64,000 nucleotides of DNA, from contig OZ024743.1 in assembly GCA_964016885.1 (NCBI GenBank), forward strand, positions 37,138,001-37,202,000, read 5' to 3'. Numbering within the stretch: position 1 is the stretch's first letter; each line of letters begins with the position of its first letter. The position numbers and the translations under genes are program-made. This document shows positions 25,897-37,093 of the stretch, in pieces. Below the pieces are notes generated by a model. The model had not been told where the DNA came from and ran no database searches. It saw only the letters and a list, made by a program, of their open reading frames with translations. The DNA comes from Eledone cirrhosa (Eukaryota).

Positions 25897-26713
25897 TGTT
25901 ATATTTTTATATTTGGGGGAAGGTCATATTGTTATAATATTGACAGAAATAATAATTGTTTCTACTTTTGGCACAAGGCCAGCAATTATCCAGTACATTA
26001 CAGGTACTTTATTTTATCGATCCCGAAAGGATGAAAGGCAAAGTTAACCTCAGCGGGATTAGAACTCAGAATGGCAAGGGCCGTAACTCAATGCGTCAAA
26101 GCATGGTGTCCGAATCTCTACCGATACTGCCAATCCACCATAATAATAAAACAGTCACTGTTTGGTTTGGATTGGTTTTCGCTTCTGTATATTTTATATC
26201 CTTATAGTTAATTTAGCTGGCAATCAATGTTTATCATTGCTTGACCTACGGTTAAAAATATAGATATAAATATATATATGTAGTCTATCAAAGTTCTTTC
26301 AATGGAGGCATTACAATACAACGGGAGGAAACATAATAGTACCATTGATGATGTCACAGGTGTGTGATGAAAGAACTTTGATAGACTGTCCTCTAATTTC
26401 AAAAAATCACTCATACACACACACACGAATACACCTGTATAGTCCACCTCAAAATAACATCTATCGTTGTCTTATCAAGTGCCTGTGTGCGTTGATGATC
26501 TCTCTCTTTCATTCACTGCCTCTGTCCCCTCTCCCCCCCTCTCTCTCTCTCCACACACACACACATATATATATATAATGTAATCTGAGTTTTTCGAATA
26601 TTAATAATAATATTCCATCCGTTTGCAATTATGCAAGCAAGCCTAATTTTTAGAGCCATGTCAGTAGAATGAGCCCCCCCCCCCATTCTTGCTCTTGTGT
26701 TGGCATGTAAACA

Positions 26714-26763
26714 GAACTGCAGACACTAATATTTCTGGGCATTACTCTTCATCAGTACAGCTC
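26714..26763 (-). ncRNA. Hammerhead ribozyme motif, core intact, stem II decayed
   Basis: Minus strand: GAGCUGUA-CUGAUGA-AGAGUAAUGCCCA-GAAA-UAUUAGUG-UC^-UGCAGUUC. Confidence 0.6.
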
Positions 26764-26902
26764 ACTGTTCACCTGCCAACTGTCAGAGCTAGTGAAAATA
26801 TATGATATTTTCTAAAATATACAGTGACTGATCGGCCTGATTTGCATATTAGCAGACTGGCTGATCAGTCAGATCTGCATATTTGCAGATCCACTGATCA
26901 GA

Positions 26903-27094
26903 TATATATAATATTATAAAGCTGAGCGTCGTGTGTATGTATGTATGTATCCTACACACCACCCTATAGTTTCTTAGCTTTACTCTCTCCGTCGCTCTTC
27001 CCTCTCTCTATAATAGATCATTCCCCCTCTCTATAATTTAACTGCTTTACTCTCTCTGTCGCTCTTCACTCTCTATATAACACCTTCAATATAT

Positions 27095-27146
<52 letters not shown>

Positions 27147-28930
27147 AGAAAGAGAGATTTAGAGAAAGATTAGGAAAACTACACACACACATCTACAGAG
27201 AGAGAGACAGAAAAACAGAGGGAGAGGGATAGGCCGTTAGACAGAGAGAGATACAATTAAAGTGTTAGTTATTCAGAGAGAGTGAGAGACAGAGGGAGAC
27301 CAACAAGTGACCGAATTTCCAATGACGTTAAATCAAGTATCGGCATTAAAATAATTTTGAAATGAACCTCCCTCTCTCTATAATAGATCGGCTTCGCTCG
27401 CATCTCTTACCCCTCTCTATAATTTAACTGCTTTACTCTCTCTGTCGCTATTGCCTCTCTCTATAATAGATCGGCTTCGCTCGCACCTATTACCCCTCTC
27501 TATAATTTAACTCCTTTACTCCACCCTCTTACAGAGACAGGTGTCAAATATATAACCCTGGAATTAATGTTATCTTTTATATTTTTTCTATCATTGCTAC
27601 ATTTCATCATACAGATAGGCTGTTTTCAATGAGGTTAGGGGAAAGAGAAAGGAAAAAAGGAAGAGAACAAACATCGTTAGACAGAGAGAGATACAATAAG
27701 GTGCGCGAACCCTCTTACAGAGACAGGTGTCAAACGCATTGTTTATTTCAAAAGGATAACCTCCTTCAAATTCGGTCAACACACAAGCAGGTAATACATA
27801 CATCAAAAGGCGCGCGAACCCTCTTAGAGAGATACAGAGTGAAAGACAGAGAGTTACAGAGACAGAGCGTGAAAGAGACAGATTAGGAAAACTACGCACA
27901 CACACACATCTAAAGAGAGAGAGGGGAGAGAGGAGAGAGACAGAGAGGGACAGGGGGAGAGAAACAGAGGGCGGGCAAGCAGGTAATACATACATCTAAA
28001 ATCATTTGGATACAAATATTATAATATAATGGTTGCAGAACGAAAATACAGACAAATATAATAATGTATGTATCCCACACACTTTTTGGCAAAACCAGAG
28101 GAAAAAATTATGCTACATCAGCACAGTCTGAGGACAATCATGAACGTCGCCTTCAGCAGATGAGGACTTCAGTTTCCAATCAGACTAAGCTTCGCGATTA
28201 CTATCAACAAAGCTCAGGGTCAAACCCTCAAAGTCGCTGGCCTTCATCTGGGAACACCATGCTTCTCCCATGGTCAGTTGTATGTATAATGCTCTAGGGT
28301 GAGCTCCCCAAACAATCTCTTCATTTTTGCTCCCGAGGGCCGAACAAAAAACATTGTGTACTCTGAGGCTCTAACAATGTAAGTTTTGTATTTTTGTAAT
28401 GTGGAATTTTGATTACGGCTGTACATGGATTGACAGACCTTGCAACGGATTCACCATTTTATTAACCATATGGGTCGCCATTGCATGAGCTAAAATCACA
28501 CCGGAAGTCATTCGTAATACCTGGATAGGTATCGGATATCATGATGTGTCCGGATAAATTTAACAGTGAACGAACACGGCCCTTTTTAGGGCCACCTTCT
28601 TGCAATTGTTACCACAATCTGTTCTTTAACGGCTTTCTGCAGACTTGAATTTTTTAACCAAGGCAGTATACCGTTGTAAGACCGAATTGTCGGTTTGTCT
28701 GTGCCTCTGCGCACGTACACCCACTGGGTAGTACATACACACGCTGCGTATACACGCACAGGTATGCTCCAAGCACACGTGATGGGAACAGTTGGCCGAT
28801 TTATACGGTAGTTCCCCCCTTTGCAACGAGGTTGGAAGGACAATGTGACATGGGAGAGTGTGTGGTATCTTTTCAGTGAAGTGGTGGGGGCCGGTATACC
28901 TAGCCGGCGCCAGCCGGACGGGCCAGCTAG
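26903..28930 (+). mobile_element. Non-autonomous Helitron with Pif1-helicase C-terminal remnant
   Basis: 28167-28382 [50 protein letters not shown]. The 3' end is a GC hairpin CCGGCGCCAGCCGG followed by CTAG|T. The 5' boundary is approximate. Confidence 0.8.
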
Positions 28931-28973
28931 TATATATATATATGTGTATGTGTGTGTGTGCGTGCGTGTGTGT

Positions 28974-29025
<52 letters not shown>

Positions 29026-29234
29026 GCGTGCGCGTATATATACTTCCTTTTAGTATGACCCTCCAAAAGTATAACAATGTATATAATATATCATATCATA
29101 GAAATTACTTCTTTGGGACTATAACTCTTTTATTCGTTTGAAAACATAAATGGAAACTCCGTCACGTTTATTCGCCACCATAATGCTGAAGATACACTAC
29201 TAAGTTCAGTGTGTGTGTGTGTGACAGCTCACAC

Positions 29235-29465
29235 CTGTGCAGGTTTAGCTGGCCTCCTCCAAGGTATATCTCGTTGGGGTGTCTTGGGTGATTTAATGAT
29301 AGGGACCCCAGTCCTATCATCTCATTTCTACAGCTGAGTAAACTTGAGCAACGTGAAATAAAATGTCTTGCTCAAGGAAGCAACACATCACCGAGTCCTA
29401 GAATTGAAATCAAAACCTTTCGATTGCAAGCCCAATGCTCTAACCACTAAGCCATGCGCCTCCAC
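29235..29465 (-). mobile_element. Second tRNA-derived SINE family with CORE-like domain; copies at about 9330-9450(+), 13655-13800(+), 11495-11910(-, split by the MITE)
   Basis: GGCGCATGGCTTAGTGGTTAGAGC head; CCTTGAGCAAGACA motif. Confidence 0.75.
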
Positions 29466-29562
29466 TACTAAGTTCAGTGGCATTCTTAAACTTGATTATC
29501 TTCGCGGCTTTACAACATAACTTTCACGGATAAACACCTTAATTATCTACATCTATATGTTT

Positions 29563-29646
<84 letters not shown>

Positions 29647-31703
29647 GCGCAGACATGCGCTATCCCGTCCAGGTCCATCCATGACAACCTCCACCTCATG
29701 CGATACATCATAGAGAGGGTTGGGAACGAACCCGGCTTTGGTGGGGCTCTGATCAACTTGGATCAATCTAAGGCGTTCGATAGGGTCGACCATGGTTACC
29801 TGGATGCGGTGCTAGCGGCGGCAGGCTTCGGACCCGTTTTCAGGGGCTGGATCACTGCTATGCACAGCAGCCGCATCTGCTCTAGGGTCAAGGTGAACGG
29901 CTACCTCACGGAGCCGTTCAAAATCGCGCGGTCTATCCGACAAGGGTGCCCTCTCTCCTCCCTTCTGTATGTGTTGACTCTCGAGCCACTACTGCGGAAG
30001 TTGGAGTTGTTGCAGGGCATCCCTTTGGAACCGGGATTGCGGAAAGCGGTGTCGGCCTACGCCGATGACGTGACAGTAATGGTGTCGACGGCCTCCGAAA
30101 TCGAGGCGGTCGGCACCTTACTGGAGGAGTACGAAAAGTTCACAGGGGCTAAGCTGAACCGCGACAAGTCGATCGGTTTGCAACTCGGCACGTGGAGGGG
30201 CAGACCGATGCCCTCCGATGGCGTCGTCGGACGCTGGACGGAGGGCCCGGTGAAGTTGCTCGGGGTCTGGTTCGGACCGGACCTCCAGGTGGAGAAAAAC
30301 TGGGCGGAGGTTACGAACAGGGTGTTTGCACTGACCCAGAAGTGGGCCAGTTGCAAACTATCCCTGAAAGGTCGGGCGGAGGTGGCGAACACCTACATAG
30401 CGTCCGTCATCTACTACCGCCTGACCGTAGTGCCCTGCCCAAGGGAAACCCTCACCAAGATGGAGCGCGCGCTCTTCCAATTCCTTTGGAAGAGGCGGGC
30501 TCCTATGGTGAGGAGATCCATCTGCTGTCAACACCCTTCGAAAGGAGGGCTGGGGATGCCGTGGCTAATGATGCGTAAACACGCATTAAGGCTACGGCAC
30601 CTCTACGTATTCCTCACCGGACAACCGGTGTGGGCCTCGTTTGTGAGACGAACCTTTCCCAGACTCGTCTCACTCACCGAGCTGCAATCCTGGGTCAAGC
30701 AAAGACCGAGAAAACTGGGCGCCTGGCACACTGAGTGTGCCCAGGCGCTCACCGCCCTCTGGCAGGCGGATCCGGTTATCAGTGGAGACTCCACCGCAAC
30801 ATTCTATAGAGGGCTGGTACGCAGCAGGTGCGACGACGCCCTCGGAGAAGCCCTAGACATGGAGGAGGACGAACTGGCCAGCCTGTTCGGTAGGACATTC
30901 AGCCCGGGACCTATGGACAACTTCCAGAAGTCCCTGGCCTGGCAGTGCTACCGAGGGGCTTTACCCGTTCGAGAAAGGCTCTACAGACACGGGCGCCCGG
31001 GTAGGGACCCCGCCAAAAAGATCTGTCCCAGATGCGTGTGCGACGAGGAAACCGTTGCACACGCATTGGTACACTGCTCGGGCGTAGCCGATCTGTGGGG
31101 CTATGTCGAACAACTGCTGTCAAGGGTGGGACCGATCCGGTTGACCACCGAGTCTATTGTAATGATCAAGCCGCCTCCCCCCTTCAAAGATGAAGCAGAG
31201 GCGGTGTTTCTGTGCGTAATAGCCATGGCGAAAGAGGTTGTATGGTGGACGCGTCTGAAAGGACTGAGGTCAGGCACCTTTCTCTCTGGCCAACAACTGG
31301 TCCGTTTCTTCCGATATCATTTCGGAAGAAGGATCAGGATGGAGAGAGAGGTGCTGCACCCCAGCCGTTTCTATGAAAGATGGGTGAAAGTGGCGAGAAT
31401 GGCCCGTGTGAATGGGCCTTCACTCTACATCAGACTATAGGTGAGGAAGATGAAAGACCAAGGGAGCACCCCTTCTCTGTGCTCCTGAGGAGAAGGGTTG
31501 CACACTTTTTTCGGGGGTGTGTGCGACCCCCCAAGGCGCCTCCTCTCTATTGAGGATTTTGTTAAACATTTTATTTTTTGTTATATCTTATTTTATTTTT
31601 ATATTTTGTTATTGCCTCCTCCTTATTGAGGACGCCTTTTTGTGTAAACTCCCCCCTTTGTACTTGTCCCACTTTTGATGCCCTAGTGGCAAATAAAAGA
31701 AAC
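29647..31703 (+). mobile_element. Tx1-clade non-LTR retrotransposon, 5'-truncated, inserted in (ATCT)n
   Basis: Open ORF2 3' half to TAG 31440 (LDQSKAFDRV, RQGCPLS, AYADD, CPRC..ETVAHALVHC); 3' UTR ends AATAAAAGAAAC; ATCT repeats at both junctions. Confidence 0.95.
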
Positions 31704-31725
31704 ATATCTATATCTATCTATATAT

Positions 31726-31962
31726 ATATTTGAAAAAAGGAAAAGAATGACTTCACATGTTGTTGGTATTTTATTATAACAATTTGATTTTATAATTTTA
31801 CAATTTTATATTCTTAAAATTTTGTTATGTAGATCTGTAGATGTAATATAACAAATTGGATCTACATAACACAATTATAAAACTATAAAATTGTAAAATC
31901 ATAAAATTAAATTGTAATAGAATATCAACTACAAGTGAAGTCATTCTTTCCTTTTTCAAATA
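31726..31962. repeat. AT-rich fold-back palindrome
   Basis: TATTTGAAAAAAGGAAAAGAATGACTTCAC pairs with GTGAAGTCATTCTTTCCTTTTTCAAATA. Confidence 0.85.
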
Positions 31963-31976
31963 AACCTAACACATTT

Positions 31977-32039
<63 letters not shown>

Positions 32040-32043
<4 letters not shown>

Positions 32044-33573
32044 TAATAATAATAAATTTTAAGACTAAAATCCAAAGAGGGCTCGATAAGGATAAATATA
32101 TCAAATATATAAGAACCGAAATTTGATTCTCCGTATGAGTTCCAAGACATCATTTTCGAAGGGTAGCAATGCTGCGTTACTCGGAGGGTTATTATAAGTT
32201 TTAAACCCGAATTAATCCTGTTTATTGTCCGCTTTTTCCTGATTATCGAAATAAAAGGCACGCCAACGCAACCTTTTAATGAACGAGTCTGTTTTCTGTA
32301 TCAGGAGTTTTAGGTATGTCTTCCTGCTTGGTACGGGTATGTTCTTTTTAGAAATATCCAGATGTTGTTTCTGCATGATAAGTCAATAGAATGCTCAACC
32401 GAGGGAGCCGGAAATGCCTCTCCAGTAACATTGTCTACAAATGTAAGGTTGAAACACCCACGTCCCGTAGGGCCTACATAGGGTTAACCGCCAATTGATT
32501 CAAGCAGCGTCATTACATGCATACCCACTCTTTTCTTAACCCTTTAAGAAGGAATATGACGTCATTTTCAGCTTATATCTGGAGTCTAAAAGACAACCAC
32601 ACCCAATATAGATTACACTGGGCGATCCTAGCTAGAGCTGGATCGTATAACGGAAATAAAAGACCATGCGACCTCTGCGCCGCTGAAGCCCTGGAAATAC
32701 TCTACGCCAATGACCACATCTTAAACAAAAAATCTGAGGCAATTTCGGCTTGTAAACATAAATTGCATAAAACTTTCCTGTATTACAGCCCCACATTATA
32801 CCCTAACGGATAGTACGAACAATACGCGGATAACTTACGTCTTGATGGGGTAACTAAGTATATTTTATGTTTATACCATTACTTATTTGTATAGGTAAGT
32901 ATATATTACCTGTATGTTTTGTGAAGGTACGTATACTTTCTCGTACGTATATTTGCTTGTATTTGTTATAGGTGTATATATTATATTATATATACTGGTA
33001 CATGTGTATATGTTTATATATATACGTGTATTTTGCGTTTGTGTGTGTGCGTGCGTTATATACGTATTTATGTGTGTATATTTATATACGTTTATATAAT
33101 TATATGTATACACGCACACACAAACACACACACATATATATATATATATTTTTTTAAAATATATTTTTTATGTGTATTTGGTGTATACGTTCGTATGTGT
33201 GAGGGTACAGGTGTTGCGCGGGTTTTTGTGTACGTGCTTGTATGCTTACCATGGCGGATGTTTTCGCGTATGCATGTGTATGTACGTTTATGGATGCGTC
33301 TATGTATATATTTAATTATTGTTGATTTCAATAACCTCTGTAATTTATTTACATTATTCTTAACTCTGAAGCCGAGAATCATTCGGTTTCCTAAATAGAA
33401 TATTAGTCTACGACTTCATTTAAACCATAAACGTGGTTTTGTCTTTGCGTGTAATTGTTCCATCGCAGCGATTCTTTGCTTAAACTATATTTTAATAAAT
33501 ATTTTCTCTACGGTTCTTATATATTTGATATATATTTATCCTTATCGAGCCCACTTTGGATTTTAGTCTTCAA

Positions 33574-33600
<27 letters not shown>
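32040..33600. mobile_element. Rearranged Penelope-like element (Neptune type) with inverted terminal segments
   Basis: + 32410-32813 is a GIY-YIG domain (CLSSNIVYKC..AYIGLTAN*FKQRH..CDLCAAEAL..LNKKSE..CKH). - 32118-32376 is an ORF N-terminus (SKKNIPVP..LIQKTDSFIKRLRWRAFYF..FGFK..PP..FENDV). 32040-32120 is the reverse complement of 33510-33590. Confidence 0.85.
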
Positions 33601-33613
<13 letters not shown>

Positions 33614-33803
33614 GCGGTGGATTGGCAGTATCGGTAGAGAGTCGGACACCATGCTTTGAAGCATAGAGTTACGTCCCTTTACGATCTGAGTTCAAATCCC
33701 GCCGAGGTTAAATTTGCCTTTCATCCTTACGGGGTCGATAAAATAAAGTACCAGTAATGTACTGGGTAATTGCTGGCCTTGTGCCTAACGTAGAAACAAT
33801 TAT
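33614..33803 (+). mobile_element. tRNA-derived SINE with Nin/Deu-like central domain; other copies at about 1-100(-), 122-300(-), 17007-17193(+), 20414-20600(+), 22938-23120(+), 23143-23310(+), 25952-26138(-), 53738-53917(-), 63884-64000(+)
   Basis: A box TGGCAGTATCGG, B box GAGTTCAAATC, then GCCTTTCATCCTTACGGGGTCGATAAAATAAAGTACCAG. Confidence 0.88.
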
Positions 33804-33822
33804 TTGCATCTATTTTTCGGTC

Positions 33823-33894
<72 letters not shown>

Positions 33895-36790
33895 GTTCTT
33901 TGAGTCTCAGTCATTGATGTTAGTTAAATGGAAAGTTTGTTGAAATGAATATCAAGCCACTATCTGCAGCCTCAGATATTCAGGACGTATCGGAGGGTTC
34001 TTGCTTTTCCCAAAAAGCATGCCTTTTGAAGCGTTCCAAATAGTGGGGCGGGGCCAATTTTGTTTAACCATCTCTGGAAACTTTTTGAGATAGTACCTAG
34101 TACGCCTATGACAATCGGGACCACTTTGACTTCATGACAGTTCCAAATCCTTTTTAGCTCCCACTTTAAGTCCCGGTATCGGTTAATTTTCTCCCTCTCC
34201 TTCTCTTGCACTCTCGTGTCGAATGGGCAGGCCGCATCCACAATCAGGCATGATCTGTTTTCCTTGTCCAAAACCACCAGGTCAGGTCTATTGTGTTCCA
34301 GTTTCTTGTCCGTCTGTATCCTAAAATCCCACAGCACCTTCACCCGATCGTTTTCTATCACCGACTCTGGCTTATGCTCATACCACTTCGCAGAATGTGG
34401 TACATTGTTTACTTTGCATAGGTGCCAGTGGATCACCCTGCCCATCACATCATGTCTCCAGCCCTTATAGTGAGTCTGGGCTAGGTGTTTACACTCGGAT
34501 ACAATGTGAGCCACAGTCTCCTCTCTCTCTCCACAGATCCTGCACAGTGGGCTAGGCTCCTCCTTGTAAATATGGTGTTTCAACCACTTCGTTTTGAGTG
34601 CCTGCTCTTGCGCAGCGATTAGCATTCCTTCTGTAGCCTTTTTAAGGTCTCCTCTTTTCAACCAGTTCCATGTCTGTGGATCTCTGAATTCAGTTCTCAA
34701 AGAAGGTACTATGAAGGGATTTTTCATGACGGCTGCTCTTTCTCCTTGTTATTTCCTCCTTGGACATCCCCTGGTCTATTGTCCTCTCCTTCAGTACAAT
34801 TCTGAGCATTGGCTCCTTACTATCAGTCACGTATTTGTGTAGGTTGTTTTTCTCCATCTGAACACAGTCCTCTATGCTGATAAGACCTCTTTCACCTTCA
34901 TCACTCCTCTTGTGGAACATGTTGTAGATAGTCAATAGCTTCCTAGTCTTCCTATCCATTTCTTTTTGTTCAGCAACATTCCATCTCAGAATTCCCGCAC
35001 TGTACCTAATAATAGACACAGCTCGGGAATTTACTGCACTTATGGCATTCCTACTGTTCAGATGTGACTTTAATACGTTCCTTACTCTCCGAATGTATTC
35101 AAATCTTATCAATTCCTTCATTTTTTTTGTTCTTGGTGTCATCAGCCTCCAGAACACCCAAATACTTGTATCCTTCTTAAGTGTCAATTTCCTTTATCAT
35201 CTCACCTGTTGGTAGATGGATTCCGTTGCTTATGCTCAATTTACCCCTCTTCATCACAAGGACTCCACACTTACTAATACCAAATTGCATACATATATCA
35301 TTGCTGAAAATACGGACAGTGTCAACAAACACATCCAACTCCTTCTCACTCTTCCCGAAGAGCTTAAGATCGTCCATGAAGAGGAGGTGATTGATGGTAA
35401 GCTCTCCCTTTCCCAACTTCTATCCTGCTCTCACTTTTCGCAGTATAATGGTCAGGGGCATCAGGGCAAGGACAAACAACAGAGGGGACAGACTATCTCC
35501 CTGGAAGATACTTCTCTTGATCTTCACGCCTCCCAAGGATTCTCCAGCTGATGTTAACTCTGTTTTCCAGGACTTCATACTTTTGCCCATCAACTGTCTG
35601 ATGTTATCTGCTACCTTGAAGATCTCTAGGCTTTTGGTGATCCAAGAATGAGGCACCATGTCAAATGCCTTTCTGTAGTCTATCCATCCCATGGCAAGAC
35701 CAGTGTGTCTCCTCTTGCAATTCCTCATTACCATCTTATCAATAAGTAACTGGTCCTTTGTACCATGGGACTTCTTTCGGCATCCTTTCTGTTCGTCCGG
35801 TAACAAGTTGTTTGTGTGGAGGTGATGGTAGATTTCCTCAGACACAATGCTTGTCAACAGTTTCCACATTACGGACAGACATGTGATAGGTCTATAGTTG
35901 GTAACATCATTACCCTTGATTCGGTCTTTCATTACCAGAACTGTGGTACATTTTGTCAACCACTCTGGTACTTCACCCGACATCAAGCAGTCATTGAACA
36001 TGGTTGTCAGTTTCGGGTGGAGGGATGTTATATTTTTAATCCAATACCCCTGCACACCACCTGGGCCTGGTGATTTCCAGTTGGTTAGTTTTTTGGCCTG
36101 CCCCTTAAGAGTTTCAACTGCGATACTCAAATCAGTTTGTTGGTGTGCCTGTTCACTAATCTCCTTTTGTACTGTCTCAATCCTCACTGCCTGGTCATTA
36201 TGTTTAACATCCTGCTCCCATATTCCTCTCCAGAATGCCTTAGTTTGTTCCGCCTCAGGGATCCAGTCGCCTCTTTCTTTCCCTTCAAGCTGTCCAAACA
36301 AGATGTTCTGGTTGTTGTCAAACATGCGGTTCTGTCTATACTGACTGACTCTGCTCTCGTATCGCTTAATTTTTGCACTCTTTGCCACAATGCGTTGCTT
36401 CAGTTCCTCTATGATAATATTTAGCTTTTTCCTCCTAGTTTTGTACTTTATTTCCAGTCTATTTTTAGTGTCTATGTCTTCAGTAGGGACTCAAGCTTTC
36501 CAATGTCATTTCTCATTTCCCTGATTTGACCATTCAGTCGTTTCTTCCACCAAGGTTCTGATCTTTCTTGTTTGTTGTTTCCTCTCGCTTTTATGCCAAG
36601 TAATTTCCTCACCGCATTTGCTGTTGCTTTGAGGATATTGTTGCACTGGTGAAGGCTCCTCGCCTCAAGGTATGGGATGACTTTGTTTACCTTAGCTGTT
36701 GTTTCTTTTAACTTTTTCCTGTCTACAAATCTTAGGTTCATAGGTTTCACACTATCATTGTTCAATTCATCTACCACTAAGTTTAGGATA
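33895..36790 (-). mobile_element. R4/Dong-like RLE-type non-LTR retrotransposon, 5'-truncated, frameshifted, in (TAA)n
   Basis: NYRPITCL, WIDYRKAFDMVPH, IFQGDSLSPLLF, HLLFMDDLK, CRICGEREETVAHIVSEC, RHD, RPDLVVLD..D..EK..K..RYRDL..VVPIVIG; TTA runs on both sides. Confidence 0.92.
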
Positions 36791-36807
36791 TTATTATTAT
36801 TATTATT

Positions 36808-37037
36808 GTTCTTTGAGTCTCAGTCATTGATGTTAGTTAACTGGAAAGTTTGTTGAAATGAATATCAAGCCATTACCTGCAGCCTCAGATATTCAGGACG
36901 TATCGGAGGGTTCTTGCTGTTCCCAGCAAGCATGCCTTTTGAAGCGTTCCAAAAAGCGTGAAGGGGCCAATTTTCTTTAACCATCCCTGGAAACTTTTCG
37001 AGATAGTACCTAGTGCGCCTATGACAATCGGGACCAC

Positions 37038-37038
<1 letters not shown>
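36808..37038 (-). mobile_element. Second, 231-bp 3'-end copy of the same R4/Dong-like element
   Basis: Close match to 33895-34125, starting at the same terminus GTTCTTTGAGTCTCAG; TTA runs on both sides. Confidence 0.93.

Positions 37039-37093
<55 letters not shown>

Noticed and set aside
29557-29646. N-terminal (YLSI)n extension of the 627-aa ORF
   Set aside because: It is the translation of the (ATCT)n target microsatellite fused to a truncated ORF2.
33614-33700. tRNA genes
   Set aside because: A and B boxes belong to SINE heads; no full cloverleaf.
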